From: Octopus bimaculoides
Lineage: Eukaryota
Length of the DNA stretch: 64,000 nucleotides
NCBI RefSeq assembly: GCF_001194135.2
Contig: NC_068985.1
Location: 31,370,121-31,434,120 of the forward strand
Direction: 5' to 3'
Both the position numbers and the translations under genes were made by a program. Below, piece after piece: positions 25,001 through 38,400 of this stretch. Below the pieces are notes generated by a model. That model ran no database searches and was not told the DNA's origin. It was given only the letters and a program-made list of their open reading frames with translations. Position 1 is the stretch's first letter. Each line of letters starts with the position of its first letter.

Positions 25001-28000
25001 ACATTGTCCTGATGAAACATCACACCTTTTCGATTCACTAAAGCAGGTCTTTTTTACTTCAAAGCTTGGTTCAAACACTCTAATTGCTGACAATAGACTT
25101 GAGCATTGATTGTTGCATTAGGTGGTAACAATTCAAAGTGAATTACTCCTTTGCAATCCCACTAGACAGAGAGAAGAACCTTTTTCCCATGAAGTTCCCT
25201 TCTTGGTTGTGGTTGAGCTTTTTCCCTTTTACCAAGCCACTGTTTACGACGTTAAACATTTTGATAGAAGATCCATTTTTTGTCACCAGTCACAAGTCTA
25301 TCCANNNNNNNNNNNNNNNNNNNNNNNNNNNNNNNNNNNNNNNNNNNNNNNNNNNNNNNNNNNNNNNNNNNNNNNNNNNNNNNNNNNNNNNNNNNNNNNN
25401 NNNNNNNNNNNNNNNNNNNNNNNNNNNNNNNNNNNNNNNNNNNNNNNNNNNNNNNNNNNNNNNNNNNNNNNNNNNNNNNNNNNNNNNNNNNNNNNNNNNN
25501 NNNNNNNNNNNNNNNNNNNNNNNNNNNNNNNNNNNNNNNNNNNNNNNNNNNNNNNNNNNNNNNNNNNNNNNNNNNNNNNNNNNNNNNNNNNNNNNNNNNN
25601 NNNNNNNNNNNNNNNNNNNNNNNNNNNNNNNNNNNNNNNNNNNNNNNNNNNNNCAACTGGACGTCCTGTTCGATCTTCATCTTCAAGGCTAAAATCTCCA
25701 CTTCTGAATTTTGCAAATCATCTTCTGCAAGTTTTTTCATTCAAGCATTCTTTCCCATAAACTGAGTGTATGTTTCGAGTCGCTTTGGTTGCTGAGTTTC
25801 CTTTTTTGTACTCATAAAGCATTATGTGCCTCAAATGCTCTTTGGATACTTCCATGTTAGAAAGGGTTTTAATCAAAGAAATTTTAATTCTATTATTCTG
25901 TAAAATAATATTTAATTAGTTTAAATGTACACAAATGCATAAAAATAATTTTTAATTCCATTAGACATTCTAAAATACTATTAAATCTCATTCAATTTTA
26001 AAAAAGGTAAAATCGGACAGAACTTATGGGATGACCTGATACGTTGGGGATGATATTATATACTATTAATTGGCATTAGAAACAGCATACAGTTATGATA
26101 CTATTGAACTAATTACACAATATTATCACATTTCTGAACAATTAACTGGCTACAGATCTAATGCAACCATAAAAACAGATATCAAACAGAATAAAGGATA
26201 AGATTCAAATACATAAAAAAATAAAAGTCCATGAATATAATTAGAGAAGACTGGAGAGAATTAATGGAATCAAATATTATGCAAAAGAATTAAAGATTAG
26301 GATTACACAAAAGAATTAAGGAAAGATGACAATTAATAGCCAAATTGAGAAAGATTAAGAAAAAATTTAGAAACAAAATCACTCTGATTATAAATAAAAG
26401 AGAATAATAGAGAAGCAAAAGGACATTAGTTATATTTACCACTTTTGGGTGCCGTCTCTTTCGTTTCAATGTTCCTGCTTGTAAAGAGAATCCTTTACGT
26501 CGGTTCTTCTGCATCATTGTTTCACCTCTAATACTAAAGTCATCATCTTGATGGCGGTTTGATGTATTTTCTTCATGAACAACTAAATGCTTCTGAAGTG
26601 CAGCTGATGTTTTAAATCGTTTATTACATTCATAACAAGGCCATTTGCGTTCTTGTTCATCCAAAGCTGTCAATTGGATAAATTCAGAATGAATCACATG
26701 AAATTCTAATTTACAAAATGGAACATTTTAAAGTTAACATTACTTTTAACCCTTTAGCAATCAGATTCCTCTGTTCAAATGTGATGCTTATTTATCCATT
26801 GTTTTTAATTAATCATGCATTAACTCATTGCTTTCAGATTTCAATGTAGTGATTGTTATTTTTAGAATGACATTGTAGGGTAGGTGTAAGAGGTCTGACC
26901 TGGTTTGTTTGAATATAAAACAGGTAAATATTTGGGCCAGATTTGGCCAGTTTAAATGCTAAAAGGTTACAGTTATAAATTCTTTGCATCAGTTATTAAG
27001 ATATAATAATATTATGATGGCTAGTCTTTAACTAAATCAAACTTGTCCATTTTACATGTCTTCTGTCCTCCTCCAGCAAAGTCCCTCAATCTTTCAGTCA
27101 CATACTAAACTGCCTTCTCATTTATAATTTGTCTTGAAGCATGAACTTTGCATGGATTCAAATTGAACATTAACTGTATTAACATCAAATAGTTATCTCT
27201 ACTTTGTAGAAGAATCTGAGAAGGCTTATCTTCAATTGAAGGAGAGCCTGATAGGGATAGCGATTCTGCTCCACTTCCTTAGATAAAATTATACAGAAGT
27301 AATTAGTTTTAAAGTTTTATGGCAGTGGTTTTTATCTGGGGTCCATATAAGATTTTATTGTTAAAAAATTTATGTGCAATAAATTAGTTATACATCTCCA
27401 ATGCACAAAATATTAAAATTTTTTCATACAATTCCTAATAATATTTCATCATCATCATCATCGTCGTTTAACGTCCGCTTTCCATGCTAGCATGGGTTGG
27501 ACGATTTGACTGAGGACTGGTGCAACCGGATGGCTACACCAGGCTCCAATTTAATTTGGCAGAGTTTCTACAGCTGGATGCCCTTCCTAACGCCAACCAC
27601 TCGGAGAGTGTAGTGGGTGCTTTTACGTGTCACCCGCACGAAAACGGCTACGCTAAAAAAACAGTAAGATTTTCCTTTTATGTATAGTGAATAGCTGTGG
27701 ACATCCAGTAGAGAAAAGTAGGAATCAAAGGGGTCTACAGGCAAAAAATGGTTGCAAACCACTGCTCTGTGGTATACAACCTAGTTGCCATATCACAGTG
27801 GAAAAAAAGAATTCAGTGTTATGATACATAAAATATATAAACTATAAATAATGACAATGGTGATAATAATGATGATGATGATATATTTCACAAGTATTTT
27901 TATATATTGTAGTATTATAGTAATACATCAGGCAACAATAAACTCAAAAATAGAAGGAAATAGAAATAAAAACTCTCGGTTTAATTCTAAAATTGTATAA

Positions 28001-29954
28001 GAATGATTGTATTTTAGAAACAGTTTAATTTCCATCATTATAATTTGCTACTTTAGATATTTAAAAAAATTTTATGAGTAGATATTAATATTTTCAGAAA
28101 TATGAATATTAAAAAGAAAAAAAAAACATAGTGACAGCCTCATCAAGAAAATTTCAAAATGATTGCTCAACCTTCTAAAATAGCAGCTAAATCTTCCCCA
28201 AATCACACCTTAGCTTCTTAGAAAAAGCATACAATGGATAATGTAATCTAGATTGCTTTGCTCACAGGTCTTCTAGTGTAAGACTAATTTGGGGGTGAAA
28301 CAACAACCTATTAAATAATGTTAATCAAATGTAGAATTATTGGTTTGGTTGAAATCCCAAGTAAGTTTTAACATTCGTCCATTACGTTGTACTAGTGTGA
28401 AATACTGGCATCTTCTGGGGTTTTTTCCTCATGTAATGTTGTTAAGAAGTGTTACAGTATACTGCAATTTATCCCATTTGTTCCAGAGATTGTTCATCTG
28501 TTTGAAATTCTGACAATAAGAGAACTTGAGATGAGCACTGGAAGCTATTAAGGCACTTGTTCATTATATGGCAGCTTAAAGTGTGAGCTGCATATCTCCA
28601 TAGTACCTACTGTAAACAGATGGACAGATTCAAGAATCCATTGTTTTTGTCAGGAACACAATGAAGGTTTAGATGCAGGTATGGCCTGCTGACTCTTTTG
28701 AGGAGAGGCTAACAATTCAGTTAGCCTAGAAGACTAACTTTCAGCAAGACAATAAGGTTACTTTTGTGTAATTTCAAGTCAAGTAATTTTTAACACTTTT
28801 CATCTATGTTTTATGGCAATCATTTAAATTTATCAATTTAAAAAAAAAGAAACCATAAATATTTCCATCTTTATTGTAAACCTTTATACCATTTACAGCT
28901 TGCATTTACTAATAACATATTTCATACACAATCAATCATCAGATATTTTATTATTTGCCATCAATGAAATGCATACAAGAGTATTTAAGGTTATTGAATT
29001 GAAGTTAAAGTAAACAGAGGTTGTGACATTAATAACTTTCTTAAAGTGTATGTACCCAACCATGAATTAAAACTGAATTGTTAACTTACTCTCTAAGCAT
29101 TTCAACAAAAGCTAAATTCTTATCGATAGCATCCATTAGTTTCTATGTAAAACATTTCTTGCATTAAAAACATGAAAATGTGGACAATAACCTTCAATAT
29201 CTTCATCTGTGATATCAAGAACATGTGCTCCAATACGTTCAGCATAATGTGCTGCATACCACACCTAGAAACAGAAAAAGGTGATGATATTTTCTATAAT
29301 AGGAATAATGTGGAAGTGTGATGTGCACCACTCATAAATAAACTTTTTACACTGGAGTTACATGCTTGTGTGTTGAAGAACAGCACCAATGTTTCTATAT
29401 TTGAAATCGAATATTTTTACAAGAAATAAACATTTCAACAAATTTCTGTTACCAAACTGGAAGATGCCCTGCCCCACCAGATTAGACATACAATTTAATG
29501 CAATTTAGCCTTTTCCCCATTTGCATATTTTCACTAGGCATGGTTATTTTAGATGTAAACATTCCATTAACAATATTCTTCCTCTGATGGGATAGAGGTA
29601 TGTAATCTTTATTCCTCTTTTCTCTTAAATTTTCCTTCTTGCATGTTTCCTTGTGATTTTTTTTTTTTTTTGTGGATGCAGGCTTGGCTATGTAGTAAGA
29701 AGTTTACAGCCAAACCACATGGTTTTAGGTTCAGTCCTGGTGCATGGCACCTTAGGCAAGTGTCTTCTACCATAGCCTTAGGCTGACCAAACACTTGTGG
29801 GTGGATTGTGTGGTAAGAAGCTTTCTTCCAAATCACATGGTTCTGGGTTCAGTCCTACTGCGTGGCACCTTGGGCAAGTGTCTTCTACTATAGCTTTGGG
29901 CTGACCAAAGTCCTCTGAGTGGATTTGGTAGATAGAAACTGAAAGAAGCTCATC

Positions 29955-29992
<38 letters not shown>

Positions 29993-32341
29993 TCCCACCA
30001 TTGCTTGACAACTGATCCTGGTGCGTTTATGTTCCCATAACTTAGTGGTTCAGCGAAAGAGTCTAATAGAATAAGTACTAGGCTTACAAAGAATGAGTCC
30101 TGGGGTTGATTTCTTTAACTAAAACCCTTTAAGGCAATGCTACAGCATGACTGCAACAAGTAAAAAGAATAAAAAAACAGAATGTGTGTGTATGTGTGTT
30201 ACTGTCCCCTTGCCTTGACTTTGCATGATAGTTGTAAACGAGTGTCATCATGCAAGTGGCGTCTTTCGTTTCTAATCTTCTCTGCAAACATGGTTATGGG
30301 AAAATATTATCTTTCTTGGAAAGAGGTGAGGGCTGTTGACAAGAAGAACATTCAGACATGGAAAATCTACCTCAGCAAATTCTGCCTGACACATAAAGCA
30401 TGGCAAAATGATGATAATGATTTTTTTATCTCACCATCTTCCTCCCATTTCCACGCAGAGTAACTATGTCATCTGAGTCTGAACAATTGCTGGTGTGCAC
30501 GGTACACTACACAAGCCTGTTCAATTACTGCACTATCCAAGAATGAAACCTGTGGTAGCTCACGTATAACTCTTGTATTCATTAAACAATACTTATCTCT
30601 TGCTTGATTGTGTACTTTTTTGCTGATCCTGCCAACAAGCAAGCAGTACACTATATATNNNNNNNNNNNNNNNNNNNNNNNNNNNNNNNNNNNNNNNNNN
30701 NNNNNNNNNNNNNNNNNNNNNNNNNNNNNNNNNNNNNNNNNNNNNNNNNNNNNNNNNNNNNNNNNNNNNNNNNNNNNNNNNNNNNNNNNNNNNNNNNNNN
30801 NNNNNNNNNNNNNNNNNNNNNNNNNNNNNNNNNNNNNNNNNNNNNNNNNNNNNTATAACATCTTCCGTCACATGCCAGGGAGAAAAACTAGAAGTAGTTG
30901 ATAGCTTCTGTTACCTAGGTGACTAAGTCAGTAGCTGGGGTGGATGCTCTGACAGCTTAGCTGCTAGAATAAAAATAGCCAGGGCAAAGTACAGAGAGCT
31001 CGTACCTCTGCTGGTAACAAAGGGCCTCTTGCTCAGAGTGAAAGGTAAACTGTATGACGCATGTGTGCAAAAATCCATGCTACACGACAGTGAAACATGG
31101 GCTGTGACTGCTGAGGACATGTGTAAGCTTGCAAGAAACGAAGCTAGGATGCTCCGCTGGATGTGTAATGTCAGTGTGCATATACAACAGAGTGTAAGCG
31201 CCCTGAGAAAAAGTTGGACATAAGAAACATCAGATGTGCTGTGCAAGAGAGACGACTGCGCTGGTAATTGTCATGTGTTACATATGGATGAGGACAGCTG
31301 TATGAAAAAGTGTTACATCCTAACAGTGGAGGGAACCTGTGGAAGAGGTAGACCCAGGAAGACCTGGGATGAGGTGGTGAAGCACAACTTTTGAACATTG
31401 GGCCTCACAGAGGCGATGATGAGCGACTGAGACTTTTGGAGATATGCTGTGCTTGAGAAGACCCGGCAGTCAAAGTGAGACTGTAACCGTAGCCTATGCC
31501 AGTCTAGCATAACTGGCCTGTTTAAGAGTACCCTTCAATCATTAGGCAAGACCTATTAAGTCAAGTGAAATCATTGTTGTGGCCGATGCCAGTACCACCT
31601 GACTGGTCTTGTGCCGGTGGCACATAAAAATACCATTCAAGTGTGGTCGCTGCCAGTGCCACTTGATTGGCTCCTGTGTCAGTGGCACGTAAAAAGCACC
31701 ATTCAAGTGTGGTCGATGTCAATACAACCTGACTGGCCCTTGTGCCGGTGACACGTAAAAAAGCACCCACTAAACTCCGGAGTGGTTGGCATTAGAAAGG
31801 GCATCCAGCTGTAGAAACCTTGCCAGATCAGATTGGAGCCTGGTACAACCTTCTGGCTTGCCAGTCCTCAGTTAAACCGTCCACCCCATGCCAGCATGGA
31901 AAGCAGACGTTAAATGATGATGATGATATACACACACACCCAGTAATATGACAAATTTGTACTTTACAGATTGCATGATAATTAGTTATTATTAGTTATT
32001 TTTAAACAAAAGTGCACAACTTTTTATAAAATTATGAATTATTTGGGGCTGCAGCCCAAGTTTACAGACTGAAAGAATAGTTGGAAAGAACTAATCTCTG
32101 ATACACAGTATAAAGGAAGTATATGTGTCTTATCTTGTAGCTAGTCTTCTGCTACAGAACATTCTGTTTTGTGAACAATATCTCTCCTTAGATGATGTAT
32201 AATGAATAGATCACTTTATGACCAGCAGTCATAGAAATTGAATATAAAACTGCCCAGAACAGACAAATGTGTATTACAGGAAAAATAACCTCAAAATGCT
32301 TCTTAGGAGCATGCACACTTGGTAATAAGTCATAAGTACTC

Positions 32342-32418
<77 letters not shown>

Positions 32419-35400
32419 TGATGATGATGATGATGATGAGTAATAGTAGTAGTAGTAGTAGTTATATCTAAAAAAAACTTACTTTGAGCTCCTGCCTTGG
32501 CTCAATATTTTTAGAAACTGTAAAATAGATATCTTGACAGTGTTGATAAGCAACAAGGTTTTGTTCAGCAAAGTTCTCAGCAGGTCGTACAAACATCATC
32601 CAATTACATTTATTCTCATCAGACATTTCAATGTAGAAACACTCATTATTTTCACGCTCTAACTGCAAGGAAAAAGGAAAGGAAAGAAATTATATTAAGG
32701 ATGACTAAACAGAAAGAAACATCAAATATATCAAATTTTTAAAAAAATAAATTAGTATAGTGAGATAACCAAAAGGTGAAAAACAAGCATTAATAAGTAA
32801 TATACTCATAATGAAATAATGACATGTAGCATATGATCTTGAAATGCAGGATATATAGTTCTATTCAGCATTTAGTCACAGAGAATACATAAAAGGGGTC
32901 AACAATATACAGTATTGGATCTCATTTAACAGTAAATACCATTCTTAATTAACAACTTTCTATAAATTTCAACAATAAACTATATATTCTGATCATTTCC
33001 ATCTACAGACTTCAGCTAATGATATTCATATATCCATATATTTCAATTAATATAATTCAGTAATTAATATAATTCATAAATACTTTGTTGAACACTATTT
33101 GAATGGAAATTATATCTGATAACTATACATGTAATAAAAAAGTATAAGTAGTTAAAGGCATTTCTGGAACTTTGGCTTCAGGTATTGTTTCAACACATGA
33201 CAGATAACTTTATGAAGAACAAAATTTGAACAAAATTAAATGAAACAAAAACTTCAATAATTAATACATTTGAAACTAACCATTAAAACAAACCGACAGT
33301 TTGTCAGCTGATTTTGATTGGCTACCGGTTCACCAATAAATGGTCCAAACTGTGTAGATTTTGCAATGGGACGTTTTGCAAATACTCCAAGTTCTAGTAG
33401 AGAAAAAAAGAAAAGATCACATACAATATTTTTTGATCAATTGAAAAAATGTCTCTTTACAAATAAGCGGTTGTTCTCTCTAAAATAAATTCAATATATC
33501 ACCACAACAATAAATAAGCACAGAAAGGGAATTAAAATGTAGACAACTTTTATAAGTAGATTTAATGATAAAAATGAATCTTGTGAAAAAGAAATGAATT
33601 ATTATCATTAAAGACATTTATCTTTAGTCCAGTGACTTTTTTTTATAGTGGCTTCAATTAAGTGTACTATCATATCAATTGGCATGAGGTTGAGTAACAA
33701 TCAGGCAATTTTTTTGTTAATTATTACGATAAAAATTTTTTAACTTAACTGATTAATACAATATCTTTGATAAGTAAATTAATCTGGTAAGATTTGTTAA
33801 TTAACAGACAAGCACTGGGCATGTCAATCCTATGACAGAGAATCAACTCCTGGTTGCAACCATATGCTTGTGTGAAGTTAGTCAAGTAAATCAACAAAGC
33901 AAAACAATCTAGAAACAATGCTTAATCCAAACTTAGTATTTATGGTAACACTACATATAACTCCCACATCTGGGACAGCAACACGTAAGAATATTGCAGA
34001 TTGCATTTCACATAACAGGTCCCCCAATTGACAATCATGAGAGTTGGTCACTAATACAAATTTCAGTCTCTAACTCACAGACATGCTGTCTCCTCACTCT
34101 GTCTTCTCTACCACTACTCCAGTGGCTTTTATTTTTCAGGGTTGGCTTGTCTGGTGCCACTCCTAACCAAATAAATCATCTCTCTTCTTTTCCTCACCCA
34201 TATTGTGTTTATTCCCTACGCTAATCACTATTTCTAAACCTTCTTCAAAATGATGGCTCTATAAAATTCCCTCCTTGTCCATGTTTTTTTCTTGCTGTTG
34301 TTCAAGATAAACTTCAACTGCATCATTCTTGACAGTCTCATTAAATATGTGAAAATTATAGGTGCAGCCATTTCCTTCAGGTCCAACCATTAAAAACAAA
34401 CAAAAACAACTTAAGTTAAAATCAACAACAGTACCAATATACTCAATTACCAATTATCTACTTATAAAGAAATGACTACAGTTACAATTTAAATGTTAAT
34501 AACTAAAATGAGTATGTTTAAAAGAAAAAAAATTTTTATTGTCATATTTTTAAAATAATACAAGCAAGCATACAAATTACACAACTAACCTGTACTTTCA
34601 CCAAGTCGAAATATCTGAAGTATTGGAGGCAAACTGGACCAGGCCCGAGACAAGACTACTTTATCAGGTACAATTTGTAGGCGATGTTCTGGACATTCAT
34701 TTTGGTAAGTAGCCATGCATTCTTCACACCCTTGATAAAAGTAAAGTTTAAAATGTAGTTCTGATTGGAGTAAAACAAATATGCAAAAATTACAATGAAA
34801 ATTATAAAATACTTACAAAGTTCATCAGGGTTATATGCCTTGGTAGGTTTATACTGACGGCGATGACTCGACCAGCTTGACTCGGCTTCCATATTGGCAA
34901 TGCGGTTTGATTTACGCAACTTCAATAAGAAATACAAACAACAAAAGAGAAGTTAATTTCAATTCTTTCTTTTAGATTAAGGTCATTTTTTCATGTAGAC
35001 AAAAACCAAAATATTTTGATTTTTTTTTTTTGCTACCATCATTTTCCTAAAAGTCTGGAAGTGTGCTGGTACTTATAAATAAAAAGTGACTGAGGATAGG
35101 TCTCCCTCTTACCTGTCCTTCCACCTCTGTCTGGACAGGGTATCAATCCAGTGAAAGTTTTGTTACAATGCCTTTGAGAAGCATGTTCTTGAGAAATAAG
35201 CATATTTGTAATAAGAAGTAAATAAGGTATCATTACAAGATACAATCAATTGACATTGGTAAGCAGGCCAGACTTGTCTTGGGCAGTTGAGACTCTTACA
35301 GTCTGGATAACTCTAAACATTTGAACATTAATATTAGTATGCATTTTGAGAGCAACTGAGCTGTCATTAGCTTTGCTTAAACACATACGATCAAACATTT

Positions 35401-38400
35401 AAGACTATCAAAAGCCAAACAGATTCCAAAATAATTTTCAGTTGCCAGCTACATCAAGTTAATCTCGAAGGACTATTATGTAACAACTAAGTCTAAGTTA
35501 CCCATATTCACTATGGCTACCACCAAAGTCTTCATTTATAACTACAATATAAACTATGAGCAGACAATCATTGCAAGCAGCAATACAGTGATTGCATTAG
35601 GCTGTGGAAGATTGATAAAGAAATGCATTGGAAGGTAAATAGTACGTAGAACATAGAAAATAAAATACTTCAGTAATTTTGATGTAAACAAGTTATCTTG
35701 TTTCCTGTCCCAAATCATATAAAAATTAAAAATAAAACAAGAAAATTTCAACTTACTTGTCGTTTTGAATGAGGAATATTTTCTTTTTCCTCTTCTAAGC
35801 AATTGAGAATGTTATTAGTAATGTTATTAGATGCAGCAGCATTACCAGAAACCCTGTTTGATGCAATATTAACAGAACCTCTGCTTGATCCAGCAATGTT
35901 GCCAGAGCTTATGTTAGAGTCAGCAGTATTGTCTAGTCCATTAATAGAGCCATTGATATCAGCAGAAACACAACTAGATCCAGTGATATTACTCGGCCCA
36001 GTGTTGCTAGTTCCGGCAGTATTGCTAGAAAAATTGCTGGGTCCAGTAATATTACCAAGTCCACTACTGCTAGCTCCAGTAATATTTGGACCATGGCTTA
36101 GGCTACTAACATTAGCTGAATCATTGTTAGATCTAGCAACAATTTCTTCTAGATTCTGAGATATTGCTAGATGAGCACCACCTGAAAAAAAAAAAAACAT
36201 TGACAGGTAATATCACTAATAACTGATACATCAACATAAAGCCTCAGGTGCTTTAAAGCAAAGCAAGAAGGCTGACATCCTGCACATGCACACATAAAAT
36301 TTATGCTATCATATAAAAATAGATTTTAAAATTATGATGATGTTCATTGTCATTGTTATCATTATAAACTTTTGCATTTTACTTGTTTTATTCATTGAAC
36401 TGTATACCTGGTGGTGTATCACCTTGACCTCAGTACTTACAAATTGACCTCAGAACTTACTATTCTAAGTCTGGTATTTATTTTACTTACTAAGTTACAG
36501 GGTCACAAACAAACCAATATTGGGAGTGGAGGACAAGCATAGACACAAAACATGCCTGTGTGCATGCGTGTGCATGCACACACACATACACAATGGGCTT
36601 CCAGACAGTTTCTGTTTACCAAATTCATTTACAAGGCATTAGTTGACCTGGAGGTAGATTAAAAGACACTTGCCCAAACAAGCCTGAAACCACATGGTTG
36701 CAAAGTGAGCTTCTTAACCACACAGAATAAAATGATAGAAGACAATTATTACTATTATTTAGGTCCATTGTTCTCAAGAGTACATATCACTGAATAAACA
36801 ATTTCTGGTACTGAACTAAGTGGAATAGATTCAATATGTACAAGAGACTTCAAGGAAAGTAAAGTTACACTAAATCAGTGATGTCCTGTATTCTACAAAG
36901 TCATTAATAGGATATAGAACATTGCTTTTGTAACTTTTCATGTTTATGTAATGATTAAAGGGACAATACACTGATAAAATTTTTCATCTTTCACCAGTGT
37001 GAATCTTTAAAGAAGGATTTTTCTTACAACACAAAGTAAAAATGATGACATGCCCAACATTAGGAGGATTTTAGCCTAGCACTGCAACTTAAAAAATCCT
37101 CATTACTTACATAGTACTCCATCTATTTACACATTAGTTAATAGAGCTATTGGTAGTTAAATTTCAATAGCTTAATGCAGAGCAAGTAAACTCACTAACC
37201 AAAATAAAAATATATGAAAAAGAAAGAGAGATTTAAATGACAGAGAATCAACTTACTTGATAAATCTGCATCAACTTCAGCAGAACTGTCAGCAACACCA
37301 TCAGTACTAATTGAGTTAAGATGATGTTGCCGCCTAAAATTATCAATTATACAAGACTGGGCAGCCTCAACTCTTTGAAAAACACCAATATCCCTTTCCA
37401 AGACAACACTTGGTGATACGGAGTTGGTACCATCCACAGTTGATGATAACTGTCCACTGCTAACAGCAGAAACTGCTACACCCAAGACCTCACGTGTTGT
37501 AGTACTAATACCATTGCTACTAGATATGGTAGAATGGAGACCATTAGCATCATTTGTCTCTTCAATACCATTGTCAGTGTTGAATGCCACACCAGAACCA
37601 ACTGAAAACAAAGAAATAAAAAAAAAAGAACAATACAATCAAACTATTCAAGATAACATGAATACAAAAGAAAAAAAATAAAGATTCAAATTATGAAAAT
37701 TAGTAGAACATCTTAAGACACTTCATTTTGAACAGATCTTCAAATTTCAATATTTGTTAATGTTATTATTATAGACTTCAGTGAAACAGTAAATCTCCAG
37801 TAAAGAATCAGTTGATTGTAAAGTTGGAACCAACAAATAGCAAACATCTTACATTTCAGATTCATCAAGGACTATACTGTGTATGCAATTATACACTTCT
37901 ATTTAGATGCATGTAGTACGAGAGTAAGAAATATTGTGAGGACTCCAAGGTGGTAGTTTGGATATTTTTATTCAGTGTGTGGTGTCCAACATATATTTCC
38001 TGTTCTATAGTTCAAAATACTGGCGTTTACCAATATAATATATAAAAGAAAAAATAATGAACATTAGCAACTATATGTATGATAAAGGATTTTTTCAAAA
38101 GGTAGTTCACCTTGGGCAGAGCTAAAGTCTTGGCTGTCTTCTTGGGTTGTATCTGGTTCTCCACTCAGAGTTTCCATAGGTTGGTGCTGACTCTGTAACA
38201 AATGGGTTTATTCATATGTAATTCAATGACACTAACAGATATATTAAAAAACAAGATGAGGTGGACATATACAAGCAGCAGTGATGATAATTAGTTACCA
38301 TGCAGCCAACCAGGAACAAAGAAATTTGTGATAGTCATGCTTTTCTCGATGCCATTAATAACACATTAAGTTAAATAGCTTCAATTGTGAATTGAATATA

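Noticed and set aside
34259-34453. Minus ORF in PRDM10 intron 7 with a phase-1 compatible AG, a possible poison exon
   Set aside because: Exons 7 and 8 already join into a canonical knuckle-PR domain; no convincing donor, and two frames are open, suggesting chance or a transposon remnant. Only RNA-seq could revive it.
35803-36159. 118-aa plus-strand ORF rich in L/P/A/V
   Set aside because: Antisense shadow of low-complexity PRDM10 exon 5.
37425-37436. TGGTACCATCCA in PRDM10 exon 4, resembling my recollection of the vertebrate PRDM10 binding motif (autoregulation idea)
   Set aside because: I cannot verify the motif from memory, the site is in coding sequence, and one short match is expected by chance.
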